Shown here in pieces: positions 51,677 to 64,000 of a stretch of DNA of 64,000 bases. The notes beneath the pieces were generated by a model. The model searched no databases, had not been told where the DNA came from, and saw only the letters and a program-made list of their open reading frames with translations. The position numbers were made by a program, and so were the translations under genes. This stretch comes from Salpingoeca rosetta. Its lineage: Eukaryota > Protista > Choanoflagellata. Every line of letters starts with the position of its first letter. Position 1 is the stretch's first letter. Location: the NCBI GenBank assembly GCA_033442325.1, contig JAWQFM010000015.1:566318-630317 (forward strand), written 5' to 3'.

Positions 51677-52671
51677 GGTGGTGGGTTGGCGGTGATGAGC
51701 AGTGATGAGCAGTGAAAGGTGACTGGTGTGGGTGAAATAATAGCCAGACTGAGGGCGTGTGGGAAAAGACGACAATGCGAAACAGAGCAATGCGGAGGGG
51801 GTCAAGACGAACGCAAAGCGGCTGCAAAAGGGGATGGTAGTGGCCCAGTGTGAGATGAGAGGGTGTGGAAAGTGAGTGGACTTTACCCGAAGCGAAGTCC
51901 GTGTGTTTGTGCCAAAACCTTCTTCTCTTGTTCTCAGTACGCAACGACAGACGTTCTTGAACAGGTGTCAACAATCACAGGCGCCAAAAAGCCGACTGCC
52001 ATGTGAACAGTGGCAGAGACAGGAGAGCGTGGAGGCACGCGGCACAACAAAAACAACAACATGTGAGCAAGCAAGTGGACACGACATCAAAGAAGGGCGC
52101 GAACAATGAGCGTCTTGTCGAGTCAAAGCTTGCGTGTCTGTGTACATGCATGGGGTGTTGCTGCGCTTGGCCAAGGGACCAGCAACTTGAGCGCACGTAC
52201 ATGTGCGTGTACGTGAAGAACAACGGCCATCATATGTATCCATTAAGTCAACGGCACAGAACGGAGATGGAGTGCACAAACAACCACGACTCAATTGCCC
52301 CCCCCCCACACACACACACACGACGACAGAAGAGCAGTCCGTCTACTACTCGACGTCCTCCCTCTCAACATAGAGAGAGCGGCATGCCACCCCCAGGCAA
52401 CCGATCCATGTCTTTTGCAGTCCATCTCACCTCTTTCACCGCCAACTGACCACCTCCAACAAACGAACACCAACCAACCAATCCAGCACACCACACGACG
52501 CCGAACCAAGTCCCACAGCCTCCTCACCTCTTTCTCGTTTGTTTCGTCGCTCCACGGCAAAGCCTCAACCACCCGCGATGTAGACAATTTGTGAACGATT
52601 TCGGTAAACTTTCGCAAGAAGAAAGCAAACAACGGCCAAGAAGCAACAACGACGACAAGCTGAGAGGAAGG

Positions 52672-53131
52672 ATGGATGATGATGTGGTGTTGGACGCAGA
52701 CGCGTTGAACCTGCGGGAGGAGGAGAAGGAAGAAGGGAGCAACGATGACGGTGGAAGGCAACGTGGAGGCGATGGACAAGGGGAAGGTGGAGACCAACAC
52801 GGTGTTGGAGAGGCAGAACCGCGGCAGGATGGCAGTGGTGGTGGTGGTGAGGGTGAGGAAGGCGATGGCGAAGGTGAGGAGGAGCTGAAGGCTCCGCTGC
52901 GAGGGGTGATTGGAGCCGTGCGCGTGGAGGACTTGCCCGCACCGGCCGAGCACACCTTCAACACGTATCTGGTGGATGAAGCGCATCCACTCTACATCAA
53001 AGCCATGGATCACCTCCGCAAGGTTTGTGGGCAGAGCAGGTGATTGACAGATGGGAAGCGAGCGCCAACGTGCACGTGCATGTCACAAACTTGAAAAGGC
53101 TCACAGTGTTAGCTTTTGCCTCCTCTGTGTG

Positions 53132-53178
<47 letters not shown>

Positions 53179-53335
53179 TGCGCACTTTTGCGGTGAACTC
53201 TCGTTGATTGACAGGAGCCAGATGAGGATCGGCCGTATGATCACATGTACAAGTGCCGGGACGAGCTGAAGCAGCTCCAAGCGGCCATCAAGGTCAAAGG
53301 GGAAGAGCTCAGCGTCCAGCACGAACACCGACAAG

Positions 53336-53412
<77 letters not shown>

Positions 53413-55186
53413 CGTACGATCCATGTGGTGTCTGTTAGTTTGTGATTGTTGTGAAAACGCAAAGGCTCCACTCACGAATGCTTGATTGTGGTTGGTCAAC
53501 ACCATCACCCCTGCAGTGCTGAAGTGTTGCCTTGCGCGCCTCGACAACATCATCGGCAGCCTCTTCGTCGACACGGACGAGATATCAGAGGGGTGCAAGC
53601 TCCTTGAGCAGGTGGGCAGGCATGAGCAAGGGGTGCACAGGGTGTGGCCATCATTGCCATGCGACACTTGGTTGTCGCTGTCAAGTTCCTCGCAAAGCCG
53701 ACACACACACACACACATACACACACATACACACACAATAACACGCCCACACTACACGCATACACTGCACACTCACATGCACACACAATAACACACATAC
53801 ACACACTGCGCACTCACATACACACGCGACTCACGAATGCATTCACTCGTCCTTTGACGCCTGCATGCTGGTCATCGTCAGGCCATTGATGTGGGCGAGC
53901 CTGTGCCGACGATGCTGGGCACGTGCGTCCTGGATGGTATGAACCGGCTGGGTATTGTGTGGGCCGACAGAAAGGAGTTTTCCCGCGCACTCGACATGCT
54001 GCAGCGAGCAAAGGCGCTGTATGTGGCGCTCAAGGCGCAGGACGACGCGCCCTGGGGACGATGCGAGTACGTGAATGTCAATGACACACGCAAAGTGTTG
54101 ATGTGCGTGTATGTGAATGTGTGTGGGTGAGCGTGTGTGAGCATGTGTATGAGAGAGTGTGTGTGTGAGAGAGCGAGTGGGTGTATGTGAGTGTAAGTGT
54201 AAGTGTGTGTGTGTGGATGTGGATGTGAATGTGTGCGTATCGTCACCTCTGTCGTCGTCATCGTCATCGTCGTCATCGTCGTCGTCTGATCCACGTCATC
54301 TGTGCTGCTGCGCGGTGCAGGCTGCTCCCTGTGCAGGGCGATGAGGAGCGAATGGACGAATTGGAGAACACATACACACACTGCCTCTTCTACCTCGCCC
54401 AGTGCTACATGCAGCTCGACCAGCCGGGAAAGGTGCGATGGAACTTTGTCACGTGGTGTGGTGGGGTGGTGCGTGGATTGCTTGTTCTGCCCCCCCCCCG
54501 CCGCACTTTGCTGCGTGCGTGCATGATGAAATATACGTGCACCCCTGCTTCATTTAATGGCGCTCACTTGCTCACTTGCCCACTCCCCCCCCCTTCACAC
54601 ACGCATGCACATGTGCGCAGTCTGCGGAGTACTGCCAGCAGACACTCGCGCGACAATACGAGACGGGACAGTTCGACAAGCTGGTGTGTGTGTGTGTGTG
54701 TGCGTGTGTGTGTGCGTGTATGTGTTTGTTATGTTTGTTGTGTGTGCGGGTTTATGTGTGTTTGTATTTGTTGATGTTTGTTGATGTTTTGTTGGTGTCG
54801 TTGACGGTCTGCGCTGTCTGACGGCCCGTCAGTGCTAACCCTCTTCATTCGTGACTTACACCTTATCATCACCACCACCACCACCACCACCACAATCGTC
54901 GCCGCTGTCATCGTCATCAGGACTGGGCAACTAACGCTGCTGCGATTTCGCAATATTACCTCTCCGAGAACGCATTTAGCGATGCGCGCATGTATCTTGG
55001 TGGGTCACAGAACCTTGGATGGAGAGGGGAATACATGTGGAAGAGGGGAGCATTGAGTTGGACAGCTCCTCACAATGCAGCTGAACACGTACAAACACAC
55101 ACGTGTCCATGTTCATACAACATACTTGCATGCACATGCCACTGCTTTCTCACTTACCATACACCGCCGCCACCACCACAAATCAA

Positions 55187-55218
<32 letters not shown>

Positions 55219-57391
55219 GCGTGTGCGCAGGCGGTTGCGGATACGGAGGAGCGCGACGATGAGGACACGCAGCAGAAGAAGGCCGCAATTGCGCAGTGCT
55301 GGGTCAAGTACCACCTCACCCTTCTCAACGCCTCCTGGTCGGTGTGTGTGTATGTTTGTATGTTTGTATGTTTGTATGTGTATGTGTGTGTATGTTTGTA
55401 TGTGTGTGTGTGTGTGTCGATGCCCCTACCGTTGTATCGGTTTTGGCCCTTGGCCTCGCCAATGAGAAGCACCGTGATGTGCCACCTGCCATCGTGCCTC
55501 TCGCCCACTCTACATCAACTACTCACATGCACATGCATACGTACACGTACACGTACACGTGCATGTACACGTGTCAGGGAGCTTGTGCAAGGGAATGTGT
55601 CTGAGGAGGACGTGAAGTCGACGCTTGAACCAGCACTGCCCCTCCACGTCCCCAACATGCACACATACATCCACAGGGTGCGTTGGCTCTCGGTGACACA
55701 CAGTGTGTCTTTGTGTTTGTGCCTGTGTCTCTGCGGCTGTGTATGCTTTTGGTTGTGTATGTGTGTCTGTGTGTATGGCTGTGTATGTGCTTCTGTCTGT
55801 GTGACTGTGTGTCTGCTTGTTGACCTGTGTTAGATGCTTTGTTGCGCCTCACAACCATTCAACTACCCCATTTGCAAACATCACCCACATCAACACCACA
55901 ATCCTCCATTCACCCCGCCCCCCCCCCCCACACACACACACACGCAGACGCCAACGACACTGGCGCGGACCAGCGAAGATGCGCGGAAATATTTCTTGCA
56001 AGGTGACGCGAAGTTGGCATTGGTCGTGCACTGCGAGCTGGGTGATGATCCTGGGCGTGTATTGTGCCATGCTGTGTTGCAAGGAAGCTGGTGTTGATGC
56101 CGAAACTAGCTTGCGACTTACAGGCAAAAATGTTTCTCGTATCTCTACGTGTGTGCGCGTGTGCTCGGTTTCACACACGCACGCACAAACACATACGCAC
56201 ATTTCACCATTCAACACTCAATCCACAGGCCAGAAGTGGATCCAGGCGGCGCTGAAGTTCTTCACCCTCGATGAGCACGCGTCCGGACACGTCGCATGCG
56301 GTACGGATCAACCAGGGGCTGCTGCTGCTGCGAGATCGATTGTTTGCTGATCCTTTCTTCGCTTCTCACTCATTGACACACATGCATATCTCCTCTGCCC
56401 CACGACCCCTCCATCTCCCGCCTTAACTTTTTCCCTCTTCTTCAGTGCAAGACCACTCGCAGCTGTACCGCATGCTTGCGCAGTTTGAAGAGAATTCAGA
56501 CCACGCTGCGAAGATGCACAAGCGCCGCGTGGACATGCTTGAAAACACGCTCAATGAGCTCAACCCGCAGTACTACCTTGCTGTCTGCAAGCAACTTGCC
56601 TTTGAACTCGGTGCGTGCTTCCGATGATGAATCGTGATGGTGGTGGTTGCTGTGTGTGATGGTGGTGGTCGCTGTGTGTGATGGTGGTGGTTGCTGTGTG
56701 TGATGGTGGTGGTTGCTGTGTGTGATGGTGGTGGTCGCTGTGTGTGATGGTGGTGGTTGCTGTGTGTGATGGTGGTGGTTGCTGTGTGTGATGGTGGTGG
56801 TCGCTGTGTGTGATGGTGGTGGTTGCTGTGTGTGGTGATGGCAGCAACGAAAAAAGGTGGTGGGGGTGGTGGTGATCAATGTGGTGATATCGGAGTGCTG
56901 GTTTGCTGGCGTGTTCAGTGACTGCTGCGTGTACATGACACTTGTGTTGCGTTGTCCCGCCTACCCTCTCACCGGCTTCATTTTCCTTTGTTTGCCTGCA
57001 GGCAATGCGTGTCAAGACATGATGGATCTCAAGTTGGCCAAGTTCAACGCACAAACGCCAGACGTGAAGCTCATGGCAAAGATTACAAAACTGTACGCAA
57101 ATGTGTGTGCGTGTTTGGTTGCTTGTGTGTTGTGTGCGTATGTTGTGTGCGTGTGTTGCTTGTTTGTTACTTGTGTGCGTGTGTGCGTTGAACACCCCTC
57201 TCGTGGTTTCCATTGCGGGTATGACCTCATCATGCTGCAATCGCCACCACGACGACAGCGGCAGCAAGTCGATTATGTACTTCCAGCGCTTCATTGGTGA
57301 GTCAGACACCACCCAGTGCTGCCTTGCATCGCACCCTAAATTCCAGTGCACAAAGTTGTTCAACTCGTTCACCCGCTCGCACTTTCTCTCC

Positions 57392-57436
<45 letters not shown>

Positions 57437-58406
57437 TCACTCACTCACACACACACACACTCTCTCTCTCACACACACACACACTCTCACTCACTCACTC
57501 ACTCACTCACTCACTCACTCACTCACACCCATGCACACACATACACGCACACACACGTCGCCCATCCTCACCAGACCTGCATCGGGACCACAAGAAAGCG
57601 CTGCCTGAGACGTATGAGGACGGGGCTGCCAAAGGCGTCATGACTGCGCACTTCACCATCGCCCGCGTGTATGTTCACCTCTTCCCAATCGTACCCGTTT
57701 CACCAACCCTGCCACGTGCCTGCCTCGTTTGAACTGGGCCTGATTCCTTGCATGATGTGAACGTGCGCTCACTTACTTTGCGACATTTGCTGGCTTGCAT
57801 GTGTTCTTACTCCCATCGCCCCTTGCTGCCCTTCAGTTATTCGAAGCTGCTTGCACCAGACAAAGCGCAACGTGTCAAGAACCTGAAGGAGTGGTGAGCT
57901 GTTTCTTTGTCCAACTTGAGCAGGCACACTTGTTGCTTCACTCGCTCACACTAAAATACTTATTGCTTCACTCGCTCACACTAAAATACTTACTGTCTTA
58001 CTTACACACACACGCACTCTCTCTCTCTCTCTCACAATAACACATACACACACACAATAACACTCACTCACTCACTCTCTCACTCACTCACTCGCGTACA
58101 CGTGTGCTTCCCTGTTCAGTCTGCGCTACCACCAGTACATTGTCGACTATTGCGAGAACCACCCCGACTTTACTGAATTTGCCGTGCGTGTTGCGTGTGA
58201 TGGTGCTTGACTTGTGGTGCTTTGTCGCGTCTGTGGTGGTGGTTTGTGGTGTGCCCCTTCACACCGTTTCACACTCTCACACGCTTTCATGGTCACTCAC
58301 GCGCACACACGCACACGCACATGCACATCAAATCCACGAGCAGCGCGAACTGGAACTGTCCAAGGAAATGGTGCAGCTCTTGCCGGCGCAGATTCAGCGA
58401 ATCTGA
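52672..58406 (+). CDS. KIFBP: KIF-binding protein (KBP/KIAA1279), TPR-like, multi-exon
   Basis: LENTYTHCLFYLAQCY, SAEYCQQTLARQ, DWATNAAAISQYY, IAQCWVKY, VQDHSQLYRMLAQFEE..AAKMHKRRVDMLE..LNELNPQYYLAVCKQLAFELG and ELELSKEMVQLLP...RI*. Confidence 0.92.
56634..56833 (+). repeat. Intronic 22-bp minisatellite, about 9 copies
   Basis: Unit gtgatggtggtggt(t/c)gctgtgt. Confidence 0.9.
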
Positions 58407-58416
58407 CCACACACAC

Positions 58417-58530
<114 letters not shown>

Positions 58531-58663
58531 CGCGCACACACAGATATCGCGCATTTGTCTTCATTTGAGTGTGGGAACTGTGTTCAATATGTACCTACAG
58601 CCGAAGTGCAACTAGAAGTAGAACGAACAAACGACCAAGCAGACGTAGCAACAGAAAACTTGC

Positions 58664-58708
<45 letters not shown>

Positions 58709-58895
58709 GCACGCACGCACACACACACACGCACAAGCACGCACGTCTCCCATAACAGAGGGAGATTGGTTGAATTATCCGAAGCCAAAGCACGAATGCA
58801 TTCGTCTTAACAACACACACGCCCACGCACATGCACATGCACACGCACATGCACACGCACATGCACACGCACACGCACATGCACACGCACACGCT

Positions 58896-61800
58896 TCACT
58901 GGAACTTTTTCTTCAGGAGCGCCATGAGTTCTTTCACGTTGAGTTCACAGCCCTCAATGGACGTCAGCTCCGTGTTTCCGTTTTGCAGCATTGCATCAAG
59001 GTCGTCCCATGTTACCTGCGAGCGCTCATACAACCCGCGGTGCAATTGCGCAATAATCGTGTACACGCCAGCCTCGTACGATGTAAACTCAAATGTCATC
59101 TCCTTGAGGGGCCGTGACGCATTGTGAACCTCCACCAGCACGCCCTTTGACTTGAGCTTCTGCCCGCTGTACTGGTGCGTTCCAAAGCGGTTCTTTGCCA
59201 GGGCTTTCGCTGCTGCCTGAGCTGTGTGCTTGCGTCGCAGCTTCCCAAACAGCCGGCTGCCACCGCTACCACCAGCACCGCCAGTGCTGTTGCTGCTGCT
59301 TGCGTTGGTTGATGTGACAATGCCGCTTGCACCGCTACCGCCAACGGCAGTTGCGCCCTGCACAACGACACCAGCAGGCGTGCCCGCAACGCTCTTCACA
59401 GCGCCATCACTTCCAATCGCTGTTGCACTTGCACTTGTCGCTGTTCCCGTCGATGTTGACGCTGGCGATGCTGGTGACGATGCAGGTCCTCCCAGCAGCA
59501 CACCGCTTCCACCACGCGCGCTCGGCTGCACGTTGACAGACACGCCGCCATCACGGCGCTTGCTGCCTGGCCGCCCACGCTTGCTCTTCTTGCGATCGGC
59601 GAGAGCGCTGCCACCGCTGCCACCGCTGCCGACGCCAGTGCCGCTGCTGTCATCCCCAAACGCAACGCGGCACTGCTCAATGTACTCCTCGTAAAACGCA
59701 ACACGCTGCTCCACCCGCAGCTGCTTTGTCTCCGCCAGCACGCGCGACGCCTCCAGCTTGCTCTTCTCCTTTCGCCGAAACCGCCGCAGCAGCGCGTGTT
59801 CGCGAATGTCCTTGACAATGGCAGCGAGAATGGCGTTGTAGTCGTCATCGGGCGACACCAGACCCGCTGGGATGAGCTCCGCCTCAAGCGTCTCCCGCAC
59901 CTCCGCCTGCAACTCGCTCAGGCGCGCACCAATCTTGGACAGGGTGCTGCGGCGCGCCTGGTCCGTCAGTCGCGTGTTCTTCATCACGTTGAGCGTGAAC
60001 GCGCGGTGTGCCATCTCCTCCCGGGGCGAGATGGGGTCATACAGCACGGATTTCAGTGTCGTGCGGCCACGCACCATCCGCAGCAGGTCAATCACCTTCT
60101 TCTTCGTCTCCGCCATCATCTTTTGCAGCCGCGAGCCGTGCTCATCCTCAGACTGCTGCACAAACACCTTCAGTCGCACCACAACCGGCGTGTGCACGGC
60201 CGCCGCCTCAAACCCGAGCTCGTATGTCTTGGGCACGCGAATCGTGTCTGCAGCCAGTGGGCTCTCGCTCAACGCATGAGCGCCTTCAGTGTTGCCGACA
60301 CCAACACCACCATCGCCACCGCTGTTGCTACTGTGCCCATTGCTGGTGCTGGTGGTGCTGCTGCCGCCGCGACGAAGGGACGGGCGAAGCTTCGAGCGCA
60401 CAGACGCAATGCGACTGCCACCACGACTGCCGCTGTTGGCGTTGGCATTGGCATCACCGCCACCGCTGTTGCTGCTGTGTAGGACAAACGACGTGCGTTC
60501 GCTCAGGTCAGAGTGGAGTTTGCTGAGCGTGTCTTTGAGAAGCGTGTCTGTCGGGAACGCCTTGGTGCACGAGGACAGCACCATCTGGTGCAGGTTCAGC
60601 ATATCACCCGGTGACACGTACACGCACATCTCGCTCAGCGTGACAATGTCGCTGTACTCATCAACTCCGTAGTAGTCATCGAGACTGCGCACCTGGCAAA
60701 TGCGCCGCGTCACCTCAACAAGCTTGGGCGAGTGCTGCTTGCAGAAGCGAGTGAACGCACGGTGCACGTCCTCAGGCTTGTTGGCCGGCACTGGTGCCCC
60801 GTCAGCGAGAAGCGCATGCTCCAGGATGTCGCAACACGTGAGCAGATTGGTCGACTGCTCCTGTGTCAGCCGGAACTTGCGCTGGTGTGTGCCCTCGAGG
60901 TACTCCACCAGCACGCCTTTCGTCAGCAGCGGTGTCACATACGTGTGCACGAACAGGCGCCCAACGAACCGGATCAGGGTTCCGTGCGCCTGCTGCCCAA
61001 AATGCGCCTTCATAAAGTCGTGCGCCTCCCGAAGAAGGAAGCACAGGCTAAACGGAAGCCGCTTCCACCCGTGTATCAGGCATGACACAATCTCCTTCGC
61101 CAGCGTGTAGTATGCGGGCTCATCCTCCGCCTCCTCATCGCCGTCGCGCGCGCCGTGCATGCGTGTATCGTGGTCCTGCAGCACCATCAGATCCGCAGCA
61201 AGAGATGACATTGTCTCCATGTCACGAATGCCAATCTCGCCCAGCTGCGCACTCGTCAGCGCCAGCAGCCGCTCGCCATTGATGTCCTGCGAGAACATGA
61301 GCGGGGCAACGTGCGCACGCTTGCTCTTCTTCAGCCACGTCCCCACGTCGCCAACCGTCCACCCGCGCACATCCTCCGGCATCCCGTACAGCGCGTTGGC
61401 GTAGTTGCGGGCCATCGTCTGGGTACGTGGGCGCTGCATGCCACCACCACCACCACCGCCGCCACTGCTGCTGGTCGTACCAATGATGTCAGCGTCCTCA
61501 GCGCTCAGCAGCCACGCGCGAATGATGGGCGCAATGCCCGAAACGGCAAGGCCGTCCAGGGAGCGCATGAATCTCTGTGACACAAACGCCACACGCGGGT
61601 CCTTCAACACGGCATCGCACCACGCGTCAAAGTCACGGTGCTCAGAAAGCACATGCCAAAAGCTCTCGCTGAGCACATGTCTGTACACCTTCAGCAGCAA
61701 CGCTTCCTCACGAGCAGAGCTGCCGCGGTTGAAGCAGACGTCAAGCAGGTAGTGCAGGTACCCTGGCTTGTTGTCACGCAGCATGGCCTCCCAGTAGCGC

Positions 61801-64000
61801 GGCTGTGTCTGCAGCACATACAACAGGCCGCCGTACGCGTCAAGCACGGCTGAGGACTCCTGCTCCGTTGTTAGTTGGGGGGCATGACAGTGAGGGAGAT
61901 GGGGGGGGGCGATGTGTGGGGATGGAAAGGGTGAGGAGGTGCTGGCGACTGATGGTGATGGCACAGGCACGAGCGAACACGCGCACACACAAGCATGCGA
62001 GCACGCAAGCATGCACGTACACGAACCATGTTTGCTCGGGTGGCCTTTGCGGAGCGGGCGATGCTCTGGGATGCCGCAGCGGCCTGACCAAGGCCAGTCT
62101 GGTTCTTGATGATGGCAGCAATCATCTCATCCAGACGCTTCAGCTCCTCCTCAGCCTGTGGTGGTGGTGGTGGTGGTGGTGGTGGTGGTGGTGGTGGTGG
62201 TGGTGGTGGTGGTGGTGGTGAGTGTGGGCAAAAACACGCACTCAGCACCCGAAATGTCAGCACGAATCGACGCAAGCCATATCAGCGCGCAAACAAAAGG
62301 GATACCAGCACACAGCAAGCCCCCCCCCGCACAGTCAAGCTTCCACAAGGTACGACAACAGAAGGCAGTCAAACCTTTGCGAGGGAGTTGATCTTCACAA
62401 TAAGGTCGGACTTCAGCTTCTGCACTTCAACATCAAGCGCGCAGTCTTCGCTCGATTGCGTCAGGACATGAAGGAAACGCTTCACTGTGTTCACATCGGG
62501 CTGAAGACGGAGGTTGTTGTACAACTTGCGTGTCAGAAAACCACGCACGTGCCGTTGAATCATAATGACGGCGGTGGTCACTTCGTCCACGGCATAAGGG
62601 GCAAGGTTGAAGCCGTCATTGTGGATGGAGCGAGACTGAGAAGGTGACGCAGGGGAATCCACAGTGTCTCCGGGTGATAATTGCTGAAGCATAGATGACA
62701 GCTCTTCACCCGATACTTCAATGTATTCGGAACACGCAGCAGCCTTCGCCTCCTTCTCCGCAGCATACGTCTTCCGTGCACTGAACCCGCGGTACGCAGC
62801 CTGGATCCGTGTTGCGCTCGCCTCCTCAACAGCAGCCCGCTCAGCTGCCTCACGCGCAGCCTTCGCCTCCTTCTCCGCAGCATACGTCTTCCGTGCACTG
62901 AACCCGCGGTACGCAGCCTTGGATCCCGTGTTGCGCTCGCCTCCTCAACAGCAGCCCGCTCAGCTGCCTCACGCGAGGAGCCTTCGCCTCCTTCTCCGCA
63001 GCATACGTCTTCCGTGCACTGAACCCGCGGTACGCAGCCTGGATCCGTGTTGCGCTCGCCTCCTCAACAGCAGCCCGCTCAGCTGCCTCACACGTAGCCT
63101 TCGCCTCCTTCTCCGCAGCATACGTCTTCCGTGCACTGAACCCGCGGTACGCAGACCTGGATCCGTGTTGCGCTCGCCTCCTCAACAGCAGCCCGCTCAG
63201 CTGCCTCACGCGCAGCCTTCGCCTCCTTCTCCGCAGCATACGTCTTCCGTGCACTGAACCCGCGGCACGCAGCCTGGATCCGTGTTGCGCTCGCCTCCTC
63301 AACAGCAGCCCGCTCTGCTGCCTCACGTGCAGCCTTCGCCTCCTTCTCCGCAGCATACGTCTTCCGTGCACTGAACCCGCGGTACGCAGCCTGGATCCGT
63401 GTTGCGCTCGCCTCCTCAACAGCAGCCCGCTCAGCTGCCTCACGCGCAGCCTTCGCCTCCTTCTCCGCAGCACTACGTCTTCCGTGCACTGAACCCGCGG
63501 TACGCAGCCTGGATCCGTGTTGCGCTCGCCTCCTCAACAGCAGCCCGCTCAGCTGCCTCACGCGCAGCCTTCGCCTCCTTCTCCGCAGCATACGTCTTCC
63601 GTGCACTGAACCCGCGGTACGCAGCCTGGATCCGTGTTGCGCTCGCCTCCTCAACAGCAGCCCGCTCTGCTGCCTCACGTGCAGCCTTCGCCTCCTTCTC
63701 CGCAGCATACGTCTTCCGTGCACTGAACCCGCGGTACGCAGCCTGGATCCGTGTTGCGCTCGCCTCCTCAACAGCAGCCCGCTCAGCTGCGTCTTTTTGT
63801 GCGGTGTTGCTTGAATTGCTGTCACGTTTCGCCTTCAGCTGCTTCAGGAGCTTTCTGGCCTTGTACCCACGCCAGAGGGATTGCAGATAGATGACCGTGT
63901 CCTCGTTCTCCCAGAAAAAGTCCAGCATCCACTCAAAGTCTCGCTTCTGTAACCATCCTATTGATTCATGCCACAAAGATGTTGTCAGGACTTGCAGCAT
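58896..64000 (-). CDS. IQGAP-family protein (IQ array, RasGAP-related domain with SAM insertion, RasGAP_C, C-terminal domain); 5' end outside window, frameshifts in IQ array
   Basis: IQ motifs; RFLHVLTQSSEDC; YGGLLYVLQTQPRY; SSAREEALLLKVY; YNAILAAIVKDIR...FYEEYIEQC; YSGQKLKSKGVLVEV...LNVKELMALLKKKFQ*. Confidence 0.88.
62739..63790 (-). repeat. Coding tandem array of about 9 near-identical 117-bp units (39 aa, one IQ motif each)
   Basis: Unit AAERAAVEEASATRIQAAYRGFSARKTYAAEKEAKAARE; successive copies start at 62739 and 62856 (117 bp apart). Confidence 0.95.

Noticed and set aside
56634-56833. CRISPR-like array or coding repeat
   Set aside because: Head-to-tail 22-bp units without spacers, inside a KIFBP intron of a eukaryote.
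57946-57995. Short direct repeat (ttgcttcactcgctcacactaaaatactta x2)
   Set aside because: A simple intronic tandem duplication with no element between the copies.
62739-63790. Programmed frameshifting or phase variation in the IQ array
   Set aside because: All indels are scattered insertions without slippery sites, and a net in-frame sum is expected one time in three by chance.

Overview
Eukaryotic, GC-rich, intron-dense DNA with introns packed with (CA)n/(GT)n/(CAA)n microsatellites and one 100-N assembly gap. The gene set (HACE1, KIF-binding protein, Rubicon-family and IQGAP together with a mitochondrial ClpB/Hsp78 that animals lack) suggests a choanoflagellate, probably Salpingoeca rosetta; this is inference, not verified. 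Splicing exons by eye gives 11 genes: a 5'-truncated VWA protein (+), a DGAT2/MOGAT acyltransferase (+), HACE1 (-), a Mutator-derived MuDR-ZnF/transposase/SWIM/Ulp1-like gene (+), Hsp78/ClpB (-), a Rubicon/Pacer-like gene (+), a secreted GH33 sialidase with a 1-nt frameshift (-), a Cys-rich surface protein with an (SG)6 tail (+), CNOT2 (-), KIFBP (+) and a 5'-truncated IQGAP (-). Most ORFs in the supplied track are microsatellite artefacts. Best leads: (1) a strand-aware intron architecture, 5' (UG)-rich and 3' (CA)-rich, that could pair to bridge splice sites; (2) a candidate proteoglycan core protein with glypican-like topology; (3) an apparently domesticated, enzymatically dead MULE+Ulp1 gene; (4) a PAM2 motif on CNOT2; (5) a perfect heat-shock element shared by Hsp78 and the Rubicon-like gene; (6) a structured, oligo(T)-terminated RNA candidate in a DGAT2 intron; (7) an IQGAP with a SAM insertion and a recently amplified IQ array. 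Exon boundaries are manual and approximate.
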